A stretch of 64,000 nt of DNA from an uncultured Spirochaetota bacterium (GTDB taxonomy: Bacteria > Spirochaetota > Spirochaetia > SZUA-6 > Fen-1364), in the NCBI GenBank assembly GCA_963781885.1, contig CAWAHW010000002.1, positions 992,001 to 1,056,000 of the forward strand, in the 5' to 3' direction. Positions within the stretch are counted from its first letter, which is position 1, and every line of letters starts with the position of its first letter. Positions 1-9,942 of this stretch are shown here, piece by piece. The position numbers and the translations under genes were made by a program. The notes beneath the pieces are model-generated. The model saw nothing but the letters and a program-made list of their open reading frames with translations. It did no database searches and had not been told where the DNA came from.

Positions 1-129
1 TCGGACGAGGGAAGGACCCTGTTTGAAAGGGTTTCGGCGCGCGCCGCGGTCCTTCGCTACGAGCAGGTCGTGCAGCTGGTGGAGCGCGGAACGGATGCCG
101 CAGCGGATGCGGCGGAAGAAGACAGGTAA
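1..129 (+). CDS. 3' end of a CDS entering the window (unknown function)
   Basis: Frame 1 is open from base 1 to TAA at 127-129 (SDEGRTLFERVSARAAVLRYEQVVQLVERG...); too short to assign. Confidence 0.5.
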   Translation, partial: SDEGRTLFERVSARAAVLRYEQVVQLVERGTDAAADAAEEDR

Positions 130-151
130 GGCGTTACCGGTAGATGGTGAT

Positions 152-346
152 TCAGTCGCCCAGCTGCTTCTCCTGGTACTCCAGGAACTTGTCGATCGGT
201 TCGTTGTCTGCAAGGTAGCCCAGCTCCATCGCGATCTCGCCGAACAGCCGGTCGTCGCCCGACTGCTGGTGATTGATGACGATGGTCACCTGCGACTGCG
301 ACAATGCGCCTCGCGACACCAGGAACTCCCCGATCTTCTGCGCCAT
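152..346 (-). CDS. Small stand-alone MshEN-like (putative c-di-GMP-binding) protein, 64 aa
   Basis: Two tandem motifs KIGEFLVSRGALSQSQVTIVINHQ and LFGEIAMELGYLADNEPIDKFLEYQ resemble RLGxxLxxxGxxxxxxLxxxLxxQ; RBS GGAGAGGG upstream. Confidence 0.7.
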   Translation of the reverse strand: MAQKIGEFLVSRGALSQSQVTIVINHQQSGDDRLFGEIAMELGYLADNEPIDKFLEYQEKQLGD

Positions 347-369
347 GAATCCCTCCTCCCGAAAAAAAC

Positions 370-407
370 TGCCGGAGACGGTGTCGAACCCGTGCGCCGA
401 TTTTAAG
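370..407 (-). repeat. Degenerate copy of the tRNA-Leu(UAA) 3' half (att-site remnant)
   Basis: tgccggagacggtgtcgaacccgtgcgcc-gattttaag aligns to 34674-34727 (tgccggagacgggggtcgaacccgtacgcc...gattttaag) with 2 mismatches, a 1-nt gap and a 15-nt gap. Confidence 0.8.
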
Positions 408-655
408 GCCGTTTTCGATTCCCCACGCCGGCACCCCTCTATACCTAAGTGTACTATTGATATGGACTTGCCGCAACAGCGGCAGATTGGAGCATGTCAG
501 AAAAGGGAAGTCCTTCTCAGAAATCATCTCATTTTTCTAGAGACCGAGCACGCAAAAGGCGAAGAAAGGTGACCTACACGAATGGTAGCGAGCAGGGCGG
601 ATGACTCTTGGGGACTGTGCCATGGGGCTTACCGCGCGGCAACTCGACGATTCGG

Positions 656-1489
656 CTACTGCTTTACCGCCCCGACGAGCAATCCGGAGACGACGTACTT
701 TTGCGCCGCCAGGTAAAGAATCACGACCGGCAGCGCCGTCAGGGTCAGGTCGGCAAAGACGAGGTTCCAACTGCTGCTGTACCTGCCGAAGAATCCATAG
801 ACGGAGAGCGGCATGGTCCACTTTGTGGGATCGGGAAGGAAGTAGATGGGCAGGTTGATGTCGTTCCAGATGCTGAGGAAGATGAGAATGGACACCGTCA
901 CGTTCGCCGGTGTCAGCAGGGGAAAGATGATCTTGAAAAAGATGCCGAAGAGCGACGCACCTTCCATCAGCGCGGCCTCGTCCAGCGCGCGCGGGACGCT
1001 CTTGATGAAGCCCGTGTACAGGAAGCATCCAAAAGACAGGTTCAATGCCGCGTAGATGAGGATAACACTGGTAAAGCTCCCGTAGATGTGCGCGACCTTG
1101 AGGATTTGTATCGTGGGAATGATCTGCATGGGAGCGAGGGATCCCAGGAAGAAGAAGTAGTAGAGAAAGCCGGCGAGACGGCTCCGTCTACGTGCCACGA
1201 TGAAGGAAGCGAGTGAGGAGAAGAAAACCGTCAGCGCGCTGGAGGTGGCCGCTATGAGGCAGCTGTTTACGAATGCGCGCCCCAGACTCCCTTCCCGTAC
1301 GACGTCCAGGTAGTTGCGGAACAGCCAGTGCCCGGGGAGAGAGAGGCTGAATGAGCTCGCCTCCATTGGGGTCTTGAAAGATCCCAGGACCATGTAGAGC
1401 AGTGGCGTAATCACGATGATGGAGATGAGCAGGAGAAAAAGGATGGTGACGGCGCGAAGGGCGCGGCGCCGTGCCAGCGCTTCGCTCAC
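656..1489 (-). CDS. Carbohydrate ABC transporter permease (MalG-type)
   Basis: EAA loop 'VPRALDEAALMEGAS', hydrophobic segments; GTG start overlaps the upstream TGA (GTGA). Confidence 0.92.
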   Translation of the reverse strand: MSEALARRRALRAVTILFLLLISIIVITPLLYMVLGSFKTPMEASSFSLSLPGHWLFRNYLDVVREGSLGRAFVNSCLIAATSSALTVFFSSLASFIVARRRSRLAGFLYYFFFLGSLAPMQIIPTIQILKVAHIYGSFTSVILIYAALNLSFGCFLYTGFIKSVPRALDEAALMEGASLFGIFFKIIFPLLTPANVTVSILIFLSIWNDINLPIYFLPDPTKWTMPLSVYGFFGRYSSSWNLVFADLTLTALPVVILYLAAQKYVVSGLLVGAVKQ

Positions 1490-2370
1490 TCCTCGACCTC
1501 CTGCCGCCGCATCTGCCGGAGCAGCGGAACGCAAATGACCGCCACAAGCAGGAAGAGAACGGTATTAAGGGCCGTTCCCAGGCCCCATCTCCCCTCGGCG
1601 AACTTCGAAAGAACCTCGGTCGTGAGGACCTGAGACGCATGGCCCGGGCCGCCGTTTGTGAGCACGTACACCTCGCTGAACCCGCGCAGCCCCCCGATGA
1701 GGCTGAGGATCACATTCATGTTGATGGTCGCCGCCAAAAGGGGAATCGTGACCTTTCGCAGTCTTTGGAGGGCCGTCGCTCCGTCGATCATCGCCGCTTC
1801 GAGGTAGTCCGGCGCAATGCCTTGTATCCCGGCCAGATAAATCACCATGTGGTAGCCGGTCCACTGCCACACGCTCACGGCGGCGATGCTGATCATCACG
1901 ATGCGGGTGTTGACGAGCCAGTTCTGCGCCAGGAACCCGAGGCCGATCGACTTCAAGCAGTCATTGAGCAGCCCCAGAGGATGGAGGATCCTGGTGAACA
2001 CGACGCCCAGGACGATCGTGGAGATGACCACGGGCATGTAGAACAGCGTGCGAAAGAGGTTGTTCACGCCCATCTTCCTGCTGAGGGGTGCGCTGAGGAT
2101 GATTGCCAGTACAAATCCGAAGAGATTCTTGAAGACGACGACGACGACGGTGTAGATGAAGGTATTGCGGACCGCGCTCAGAAGCTCGGGGTCCGAGAAG
2201 ATATGGCGAAAGTTCTCAATACCAATGAACGAGGTGATCTCGCGCCCCATCGTCCAGTTGGTCGTGGCGGAACCGAAACCGATGAACAGCGGGATGATGA
2301 AGAGGACGACGTACAGCAGGAAGGCGGGAGCGACCCAGAAGTAGGTGTAAAGTCTGCTGCTCTCTCTCAT
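1486..2370 (-). CDS. Carbohydrate ABC transporter permease (MalF-type)
   Basis: 'YLEAAMIDGAT' EAA motif, 'LTNGGPG' motif, TM helices. Confidence 0.93.
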   Translation of the reverse strand: MRESSRLYTYFWVAPAFLLYVVLFIIPLFIGFGSATTNWTMGREITSFIGIENFRHIFSDPELLSAVRNTFIYTVVVVVFKNLFGFVLAIILSAPLSRKMGVNNLFRTLFYMPVVISTIVLGVVFTRILHPLGLLNDCLKSIGLGFLAQNWLVNTRIVMISIAAVSVWQWTGYHMVIYLAGIQGIAPDYLEAAMIDGATALQRLRKVTIPLLAATINMNVILSLIGGLRGFSEVYVLTNGGPGHASQVLTTEVLSKFAEGRWGLGTALNTVLFLLVAVICVPLLRQMRRQEVEE

Positions 2371-2437
2371 GTGCCGTCCTTTCGCTGCCCTTCATGGAAA
2401 AGCGGGTCGTCGTGCGCGGCAGCCTCTCCCTGCTGTC

Positions 2438-4933
2438 TCACTCCTTCGTTGCCTTGACCGGTCGCGGCGAGGAGTATGACGTTCTCACCGTCACGGTTCC
2501 CAGCGTCCCCGGCGGGATCCGGACCGTGTCTCCCTCCACCTGCACGGCGACGTCCTTCCTGTCGAGCGCTTCAGCTTTCTCCAGGGCATACTCCTTCGGG
2601 CAGCGAAGCCGCACGCGCACCGTTGCTCCGGGCCTCGGCGGCAGCGATATCTGCGCATCGATCATTCCGTCCTCGAGATGAGAACGAATGGTATACGATA
2701 CGGGACCCCACCGCGTCGGCGCTCCCGCTACCCCGAACTCCTTTCCGTCCTCCAGCCATGTCCGCGGGACTCCGCATCCCAGCGTGATGGTCCGGTTGAT
2801 AGGGTCCTCGAACAAAAAAAGCCACTTCGCGATCGTCGGCACCGTCATCTGGGCGGGGCTGCAGTACGGCGTGCTGACGCCGTTGTCCCGGTCCAGGTCG
2901 ACACACTCCCGCACGGTCCATGTTCCCCGCGTGTGGGCGTGGAACGCGTGCGCGTAGAACACGAGCAGCGCTTCCGGCACCAGGTCATGCTGGAGGAGGC
3001 CGTGCACCGCCTCGCTCACGAGGAACGCGACGACGTGGTAGCGGTTGTTGAAGATGCCCAGCGTGGTCCCGCCGCGGGCACCGGCGATCTCCATGATACG
3101 TTCCACTGTCTCCTTCGAGAGAACGCCGGACCAGAACAGCTCGGACCAGACCCGGTTCTCGTCGTAGGACTCCGGGCAGCTCCGATAGAGCGCCTCCCAG
3201 TAGAAGCGCGACGACCCGGCGATGATGGGAAGACCAACGACGCCGTCCTTCTCGATCCACGAGCGCTCCACGCCGCGCCGCGCGTCCTCCAGCAGCACGG
3301 AGGCGCTCGCGGCGAGTGACTCGGCCCGACGGATCATTTCCTGGTCTTTCTGGCGCCGGCCTGCCCGCCGCCAGGTGCTGGCGATGTCCCGCAGCCCTCG
3401 CCATGCCAGCGCGCTGTTCGCCAGATACGGCCGCTCGTAGTCCAGGGAATTGAGGGAAGGCGTCAGGAAATTGATGTCCGCCTCATGGTAGCCGTTGATC
3501 ATGCCGTAGGCGGCGCTGCCGGGATCGCGGCGCCTCGCCTCCTGCCAGCGCGTCAGCAGCAGGCCGACGATCGCCTTGACCTTGCCGTCGTGCTCGCGGA
3601 GGAGCGAATCGTCGTCAGTGTAGTCAGCGTACTGGGCCAGGCAGCTCAGCATCTCGCCATACTTGCCGATCTGCGGACCGCGGTACCTGAGGGAGCCGTC
3701 GCCGCGGACGAAATGCCGGAAGTAGTAGTCGAGGTATGCGCGGGAGGTTGCGAAATGCCCCCACTCGTTGTAGCAGGTAACCGTGCTCGTCAGGAGATCC
3801 TGGAAGCCGTCATGCTCTTCTCCCCCGTACGCCCTGTCGCAGACCCCGTACTTCGGGTGGTCACCCCTGCGGGTGATCCTCTCCCGCGCCATTGCGTGGC
3901 GCGAAAAATCCTCGATCCAGCTCTCTGGAGCCCGGATCGTCATGCCGCCGTCCAGGTGATCGTGCCAGTACCTGTGAACGCGCAGGAGCGATCGATAGAA
4001 GCCCGCCGGCTCCGCGCCCGTCGGGTTTGGATAGCTCAGGAACGAGTCCACATACTTCACTTCCTGGACGTGACCCTCGTGCAGCTCCATGAACCGGTAC
4101 CAGGCCGGTTGCAGGAATGTTGTGGCGCCCTCGGGGGGAGCGAATGCAACGACCTCCCAGCACGCATCCGCACCCATGGGATAAACAGTGCGGACGACCG
4201 GGAGCCAGCCTCCGACCAGGCCTTCCCAGAGGTTCTCGGCCTGGATCGCTTCCGAGGCGCCCTTCGCGACGATGGTCGTTGGCACGCGCCACACCATGGC
4301 GGCGTCCGTGTGGTCCGTGTAATAGAGCGGGATCACGTCTGCGGAAACGGGAGTCCCGATGAACGTATGGGGCCGCTCGTGGCCCTCCCAGAAGTCCCTT
4401 CGGATGGGCGGAAAACACGCGCGGACGGCCTTGGGATCCGGATCCCTTGCTCCTTCCAGCAGCTCATTGCGCAGGACATCTGGTTGCCCGGCGAAGGTCT
4501 GTTCGTTGCCCTCCCTCATGGACGAGAACGCCTGACTGCCGGCGGGAAGCGCTTCTTCCTTCCTGTGGCCATTGTACCAGCCCGCGCCGCCTCCCGTGGT
4601 CGGCTCCAGCGACTTGGCAAGCAGAAGGCGCACGCCGTCTTCACGGACGAACGCGATCCTTCCCTCTGTCGCATCCACCTCCTCGAAGACGGCCGTCATC
4701 GCCCCGTCGTCCTCGAAGACCGCCATCAGCGTCCAGGCTCCTGCCCTGCCGAGCCCCTCCACCACCGTCTGCGCGCCGGTCCCTTTGGTGTGCACCAGGA
4801 CGGTCGTGCCGCGGAAGGAGACGCGGGGGGCGTCCGGCCGTGCGTCCGGCTGCTCCCCGAACGGCCTTTTCGCGTCGGTGAAGCCGGGGCAGGCGAGCTT
4901 GCTCTCATCCCGATGGTTCGTGGGCTGCCTCAT
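2438..4933 (-). CDS. Uncharacterised large cytoplasmic protein, probable (alpha/alpha)6 glycosidase-like enzyme
   Basis: 831-aa ORF from ATG 4933 with GAGGAG RBS; helical aromatic/acidic core (HPKYG..YGGEEHDGFQD, GYHEAD) and C-terminal 'GAPTRWGPVSY' segment; lies inside a sugar ABC operon. Confidence 0.65.
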   Translation of the reverse strand: MRQPTNHRDESKLACPGFTDAKRPFGEQPDARPDAPRVSFRGTTVLVHTKGTGAQTVVEGLGRAGAWTLMAVFEDDGAMTAVFEEVDATEGRIAFVREDGVRLLLAKSLEPTTGGGAGWYNGHRKEEALPAGSQAFSSMREGNEQTFAGQPDVLRNELLEGARDPDPKAVRACFPPIRRDFWEGHERPHTFIGTPVSADVIPLYYTDHTDAAMVWRVPTTIVAKGASEAIQAENLWEGLVGGWLPVVRTVYPMGADACWEVVAFAPPEGATTFLQPAWYRFMELHEGHVQEVKYVDSFLSYPNPTGAEPAGFYRSLLRVHRYWHDHLDGGMTIRAPESWIEDFSRHAMARERITRRGDHPKYGVCDRAYGGEEHDGFQDLLTSTVTCYNEWGHFATSRAYLDYYFRHFVRGDGSLRYRGPQIGKYGEMLSCLAQYADYTDDDSLLREHDGKVKAIVGLLLTRWQEARRRDPGSAAYGMINGYHEADINFLTPSLNSLDYERPYLANSALAWRGLRDIASTWRRAGRRQKDQEMIRRAESLAASASVLLEDARRGVERSWIEKDGVVGLPIIAGSSRFYWEALYRSCPESYDENRVWSELFWSGVLSKETVERIMEIAGARGGTTLGIFNNRYHVVAFLVSEAVHGLLQHDLVPEALLVFYAHAFHAHTRGTWTVRECVDLDRDNGVSTPYCSPAQMTVPTIAKWLFLFEDPINRTITLGCGVPRTWLEDGKEFGVAGAPTRWGPVSYTIRSHLEDGMIDAQISLPPRPGATVRVRLRCPKEYALEKAEALDRKDVAVQVEGDTVRIPPGTLGTVTVRTSYSSPRPVKATKE

Positions 4934-4998
4934 TGCTGTTCTCCTCTGCACGTGCGGCGCGTTTGTTCCCCGCCTCTGGTGTCGCATGGTGCGGCCAG

Positions 4999-5026
4999 AA
5001 AAAAGCGGGGCGCGCAGGCCCCGCTT
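4999..5026 (-). terminator. Stem-loop plus U-tract after the binding-protein gene
   Basis: Minus strand reads AAGCGGGGC-CTGCGC-GCCCCGC-TTTTTT. Confidence 0.65.
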
Positions 5027-5066
5027 GTCCTGGAACTATTCAGAAGTACGCGCGGAGGGCTCTTCC

Positions 5067-6416
5067 TCAGAATCCCGGGTAGCCCTTCGCCTTCATGAGC
5101 TCCTCGAACTTCGCATCCCACGCCGTCAGCACCTGCTGCGGCGTTTTGGCGCCGCCGATCATGTCCTGGAAGTACTTCCACAGGTCGTTCAGGTCCACCT
5201 TCACGAAGGCGTTTGCTTCCACCGACACTTTCCCCGTCTTGATGTACGTGTCGTAGATCTGCTGATCGATGGGCTGCAGCTGTGCCGCCGCCACGTCCTT
5301 GAAGTTGGGCATAAAGGCCCGCGAGGAAACGGCGTTGACGGCCGCTATCTGCGGGGCCTGCGAGAGAAAGTCGATGAGCCGCTCGGCCGCGGCAACGTGC
5401 TTTGCCTTCTGGGGGACGAAGAACAGGGGGCCGAGCTGGGCCTGCACGATGACATTCATCGCCGCGTCATCCCATACGGGGAACGGGAAGAGGCCGAGGT
5501 GGAGGCTCGGATCCTTGCTCGCCATGTCGCTCACGAGCGCGTTGGCGCTTATCATCATGGCGTAGTTTCCCGACGCCATCGCGGCCGGCCCGCCGTTGTA
5601 GTCGTCGGACAGGGCCGTGGGCTGGAAGTAGCCCTTCTGGACCAGGGTGTTTCCGCGCGCGAGCGCATCAAGGAAGCCCGGCACGTCCGCCCACTTCATC
5701 TCGTTCTTGTTGATCTTCTCGAAGAGCCGGGGATCCTTCCGGGTCACCCAGACTCCCCATGCCGAGGTCGTCCAGATCTGGAAGGTCCAGACATCCTTGA
5801 ACGGCCCATAAATAGGCGTGATGCCGTTCGCCTTGAGCGTCTCGCAAACCGCGAGGAGCTGCTGATACGTCGTGGGGACGGCGAGGTTGAGCTTCTTGAA
5901 GATGTCGATGTTGTAAACCATCCCGAGACCCGCGGTCGAAATGACGGGGCTGAACCCGTGGATCTTCCCGTCGGGAGCCTTCAGGAGAGCCGGCTGCTGC
6001 AGCCGCGCCACCCACGGCTGGTTGCCGAGATCCACCATGTTCTGCTCCGCCCCGAGCTCGTTTTCCGCGGAGACCTTGTTGTAGAACATGATGTCGGACG
6101 GCTCGCCCGTGGCGAGCTGCGTCTGGAGCGTCTGGGTGGTCTGCGCGTCCGGAATCAGAAGAAGCTGGATCTTGACGCCGGGGTTTTTGGCTTCGAAAGC
6201 GTCAAAGTTCGGGTTCGGCTGATAGACGACCCACGAGTCCCCCCTGTTGAAATCCTGGCTGCCCGCGATGGTCAGGTTGATGGGCTGGCTCGGGTTGCCG
6301 CCAGAGCTCTCCGACGTTCCTGCCGCAAAGAGCGCCCCGCCTGACACCATGAGAAGGACAGCCGCCAGCGTGACAAGGAACGACAGCGACCTGCCCCCCG
6401 TCTTCCATGTGATCAT
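5067..6416 (-). CDS. Sugar ABC transporter substrate-binding protein (family 1)
   Basis: Leader 'LAAVLLMVSGGALFAAGTSE', motifs 'YNIDIFKKLNLAVPTTY' and 'LKANGITP'; start chosen from GAGGGGGA RBS. Confidence 0.9.
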   Translation of the reverse strand: MITWKTGGRSLSFLVTLAAVLLMVSGGALFAAGTSESSGGNPSQPINLTIAGSQDFNRGDSWVVYQPNPNFDAFEAKNPGVKIQLLLIPDAQTTQTLQTQLATGEPSDIMFYNKVSAENELGAEQNMVDLGNQPWVARLQQPALLKAPDGKIHGFSPVISTAGLGMVYNIDIFKKLNLAVPTTYQQLLAVCETLKANGITPIYGPFKDVWTFQIWTTSAWGVWVTRKDPRLFEKINKNEMKWADVPGFLDALARGNTLVQKGYFQPTALSDDYNGGPAAMASGNYAMMISANALVSDMASKDPSLHLGLFPFPVWDDAAMNVIVQAQLGPLFFVPQKAKHVAAAERLIDFLSQAPQIAAVNAVSSRAFMPNFKDVAAAQLQPIDQQIYDTYIKTGKVSVEANAFVKVDLNDLWKYFQDMIGGAKTPQQVLTAWDAKFEELMKAKGYPGF

Positions 6417-6582
6417 GTATTCCCCCTCGCCACTGTCCCTTTTCTCGCAGTGGCGGGAAAACCTAGCACGGGGTATGCCCACTGTAAATGCACAATCGTG
6501 TACTCGTGCGGTGCACTTTCCTCTCCCGTGCTCCCCTTTACCGGCGGTGGGTCCATGGTATACTTCTGGCGGGATCGGGAAG

Positions 6583-8364
6583 ATGCACGTCAAGCTCCAG
6601 ACCAGAATCGTTGCATACTTTACGGTCCTGCTGCTCGTCGTGATCGGGGTTTTCGCCATCTTCTTCGACGTCGTCGTGAGCCGGCGGTTCGAGGCGATGG
6701 CAAGCCAGAACGTCGTGCAGCTCGCCGTGAAGCTCTCCCAGCACGTGGATTCCTATATCTTGGAAATGGATCAGGTGTCGAAGAGCTTCGCGACCAACGA
6801 AAACGTGCTTGCCGTCCTCAGCGACATCGCTCGCAACGGCCCGCCACGGAACAGCTACCTGCAGCTTCTCGCGTCACGGACCCTCGACGGCGCCTTCGCC
6901 AGCGCCCTTACCGTCACCTCCATCCCCACCTGCTCGGTCTACCTCTACGATACCAGCGGCGCTTACCGCCATTCCTTCAACGGACGCCACGCTCACTTCG
7001 ATGCTGTGATGCAGAACCCCGCCAACCGCGAAGCTCTGGCAAACTGGCAGAGGCTGCTCGACGCCGCGGTGAGCGACGTCCCGAGCGCCGGCCCCACCAG
7101 GCTCATCTCCCTGGTGCGTCCGGTCTTCAGCCTGAGCGGCATCCAGTACGGCTACGTGGAGGTCCAGGACGAGTATGCCGAGCTGCAGAAGATCTGCGAC
7201 GTCGGCTCGACGGGGCAGGTGATAATCCTGGACGCGCAGCACGGGGAAGTGTATCCCCTTGACCCCGGGCACCCCGCGGAGGTCTCCCGCCTTCGGCTGG
7301 GCAGCGCCGACAGCACGGCAGGCACCTTTCCCTCTCCCGGGGGGTACCTCTACTCGTACGCGTGGTCTGACTACTCCGGGTTCACCGTCTTCGTGAAGGA
7401 ACGGGAGAGCGACGTCCTCGGGCCGCTCATGTATCTTCGCACGGCAACGTACGCGACCATTTTTCTCGTCACGGTCTTCGCCCTTGGCATGGTGTTCGTC
7501 ATATCCGCGGTGCTCATGCAGCCAATCCGCACGCTCCGCGACAGCGTGCTCCACGTCAGCCTCGACAACATGAGGCTGGACATGAACGTGGACGCTCACC
7601 ACGACGAAATCCAGCTCCTGAGCAGGGCTTTCCAGGACATGCTCGCGCGGCTGAAGGGGGCCGTCGAGAAGGCGATGCTCGCCAACCGTGAGGAGATGCG
7701 GGCGCGCTTCGGCGCGCTGCAGGCGCGCATCGCCCCACACTTCATCCACAACGTCCTGTACCTCATCAGCGTGCAGGCGCACGAGAAGCGGACCGACGAC
7801 GTGGAGATGACATGCAAGAAGCTGTCCGACATGCTGCGCTACGTCGTGCAATCGCCGTTCAAGACCGTCACCATCGACGACGAGGTCGCCCATGCCTCCG
7901 ATTACCTTTCCCTCCAGAAGCAGAACTACGAGGATCTCCTGACGTACACCGTGAGGGTCGAGCCGAGCGTTCGTTCCGTCACCCTGCCGCGTCTGGTCAT
8001 CCAGCCCTTCGTGGAGAACTCCATTCACAATGGCTTCAAGACCAAACTCCCGCCCTGGAAGATCGACGTCGCGTGCGAGGCGGCGGAAGACAGATGGTGC
8101 ATCACCATCTCCGACAACGGCTGCGGCATCGACGAGGCAACGATCCGGCACCTGCGTGAAAGAATGGCCGCAGAGCAGGACGAGTCCGAAGCCTTGCGGG
8201 AACCGACGGAGCAGGGAATGGACGGCATGGCGATCATCAATACCTATGGCCGGCTGCGTCTCATGTATGGGGATCGGCTGGGCTTCGACATTCGTCCCAA
8301 CGAGGAGGGGGGCACGACAATCCGTCTCTCGGGTCCGCTGCTTCCCGCCGCCGCGGAGCACTGA
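6583..8364 (+). CDS. YesM-type sensor histidine kinase (HAMP + His_kinase + HATPase)
   Basis: Two TM segments, 'LQARIAPHFIHNVL', 'IQPFVENSIHNG', 'ISDNGCG'. Confidence 0.92.
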   Translation: MHVKLQTRIVAYFTVLLLVVIGVFAIFFDVVVSRRFEAMASQNVVQLAVKLSQHVDSYILEMDQVSKSFATNENVLAVLSDIARNGPPRNSYLQLLASRTLDGAFASALTVTSIPTCSVYLYDTSGAYRHSFNGRHAHFDAVMQNPANREALANWQRLLDAAVSDVPSAGPTRLISLVRPVFSLSGIQYGYVEVQDEYAELQKICDVGSTGQVIILDAQHGEVYPLDPGHPAEVSRLRLGSADSTAGTFPSPGGYLYSYAWSDYSGFTVFVKERESDVLGPLMYLRTATYATIFLVTVFALGMVFVISAVLMQPIRTLRDSVLHVSLDNMRLDMNVDAHHDEIQLLSRAFQDMLARLKGAVEKAMLANREEMRARFGALQARIAPHFIHNVLYLISVQAHEKRTDDVEMTCKKLSDMLRYVVQSPFKTVTIDDEVAHASDYLSLQKQNYEDLLTYTVRVEPSVRSVTLPRLVIQPFVENSIHNGFKTKLPPWKIDVACEAAEDRWCITISDNGCGIDEATIRHLRERMAAEQDESEALREPTEQGMDGMAIINTYGRLRLMYGDRLGFDIRPNEEGGTTIRLSGPLLPAAAEH

Positions 8365-8375
8365 CGAGGCGGACC

Positions 8376-9890
8376 ATGACGTACTCCGCACTGGTCGTCG
8401 AGGACAGCAGGCCGATACTCCGGAACATCGCTCAGCAGATCGAGTCCGTTCATGACCGCGTGCGCGTGGTGGCGACCGCCTGCAACGGCCGGGAAGCGCT
8501 GATGAAGCTGAGGGGCTCCCGGGTGGATATCGTGTTCTCGGATATCAAGATGCCGGTGCTGGGCGGCCTGGATTTCCTGGGCGAGGCTCGGAGCCTGAAT
8601 CCCGGTTTGAGATGCGTCATCATCAGCGGCTATGACGATTTCGAGTTTGCGCGGCAGGCAATCCAGCTCGGCGTGGACGCCTACATCCTGAAACCGGTGA
8701 CGAAGGACGAGCTCAGAACCGTCGTGGAGAAGATCGTCTCTTCCCTGGACCTCGGAAGACGCGGGGTGTTCCAGGAGGAGCTTTCGAGGGCCCTCAAGCG
8801 TGAGGAGGCCGTCTGGCATGCACCGAACGACGTCCTGCGGGGACCGTATGGGATATGCCTCCTTCGGTGCGGGGCGCTGCGAGATGGCCCATGCGCCGTG
8901 GACATGGCGGACATGCGCGCGACATTCAGCCATGCCGGCTCCTGCGATGGGAGCCTCTTTTTCGCCGAAACGCGCGGCCATAGCGAGCTCGCGGTCGTCT
9001 GTGATCTTCAGGCTCTTTCGCACGAGGCATGGAGGGACATCTGTTCCCGCGTCTTCGAATCGCTGTCCCGTCGGGGGCAGGTTGCCCGCATGGCATGTTC
9101 CAGCGGGTATGCGGACGTGCCCGGGCTGCCTTCGCACGCGGCCTTCCTCTCGCAGTGTCTCGAGGAGCACGTCTGCCTCGACACGCCGACCCTCTTCTGG
9201 CCCGACGGCATTTCGTCAGAGCCGGGAATGGGCATTCCGCGTGACGAGTTTGCGCGTTTCAAAGAGGAAGCGGGTTTGATGGCCGGCGCAGGGTCCGTGG
9301 ACGAGTTCAGGCTGCGGCTGGAGGATTTTGTGCGCTCCTGGCGCGCACGGAGCCTCACGCTGATCACGGTTCGGAAGCTCCTCGGACTGATGGTGGACGC
9401 GATTGACGAGTGCGCGAATGATCCCTCGTCGACCCGAGACAGCACCGTCACGGTGGAGAAGCTGCTGGGGCGAAGCGGAAGCTATGAGACGCTCGTCGAT
9501 GAGCTGTGCCTCGTCTTCCAGGCAGCGATCGAGAGGAGAAAAGACGCGGACTCCTCGTCGGAAAGCATCGTCCAGGCGGCGATCGACCTGTTCCGCCGCA
9601 ATCTCGCTCGGAACATCACGATGAGTGAAGTCGCCGCGCGGCTCGGATTCTCCCTTTCCTATGTCCATCGCGTCCTGCGTTCGGCGCTGGGCAAGGCACC
9701 CATGGAATATTACAACGATATGAAGCTCGAAGAAGCAAAGCGCCTGTTGGCGCGCTATCCGCACAGGAAGGTGAAAGAAATCGCCCTTTCACTGGGATTC
9801 GAGGATCAGCACTACTTCAGCCGTGTCTTCAAGACCCACGTATCGCTGAGCCCCCTGGAGTATCGCGAGCAAGCCACGCGGGCACGCTGA
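8376..9890 (+). CDS. YesN-type response regulator (REC + AraC HTH)
   Basis: 'LVVED', 'SDIKMP', 'YILKP'; C-terminal 'LGFEDQHYFSRVFK'. Confidence 0.93.
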   Translation: MTYSALVVEDSRPILRNIAQQIESVHDRVRVVATACNGREALMKLRGSRVDIVFSDIKMPVLGGLDFLGEARSLNPGLRCVIISGYDDFEFARQAIQLGVDAYILKPVTKDELRTVVEKIVSSLDLGRRGVFQEELSRALKREEAVWHAPNDVLRGPYGICLLRCGALRDGPCAVDMADMRATFSHAGSCDGSLFFAETRGHSELAVVCDLQALSHEAWRDICSRVFESLSRRGQVARMACSSGYADVPGLPSHAAFLSQCLEEHVCLDTPTLFWPDGISSEPGMGIPRDEFARFKEEAGLMAGAGSVDEFRLRLEDFVRSWRARSLTLITVRKLLGLMVDAIDECANDPSSTRDSTVTVEKLLGRSGSYETLVDELCLVFQAAIERRKDADSSSESIVQAAIDLFRRNLARNITMSEVAARLGFSLSYVHRVLRSALGKAPMEYYNDMKLEEAKRLLARYPHRKVKEIALSLGFEDQHYFSRVFKTHVSLSPLEYREQATRAR

Positions 9891-9942
9891 TCACGCGCAG
9901 CGCCGGTATCGACCTGTGATATGATGGGGTGGAGGGAACGCT

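Noticed and set aside
494-604. Short basic ORF (MSEKGSPSQK...RKRRRKV) next to the att remnant, as a possible integrase fragment
   Set aside because: Only 36 aa with no recognisable integrase motif
3485-6344. Long antisense ORFs (3485-5098, 4572-6344, and many similar ones across the window)
   Set aside because: Shadow ORFs expected from GC-rich codon bias opposite real genes; no family motifs
6480-6520. TGCAC/TGTAC repeats between the divergent binding-protein and kinase genes, as an AraC/YesN site
   Set aside because: Short and irregularly spaced; cannot be told from chance
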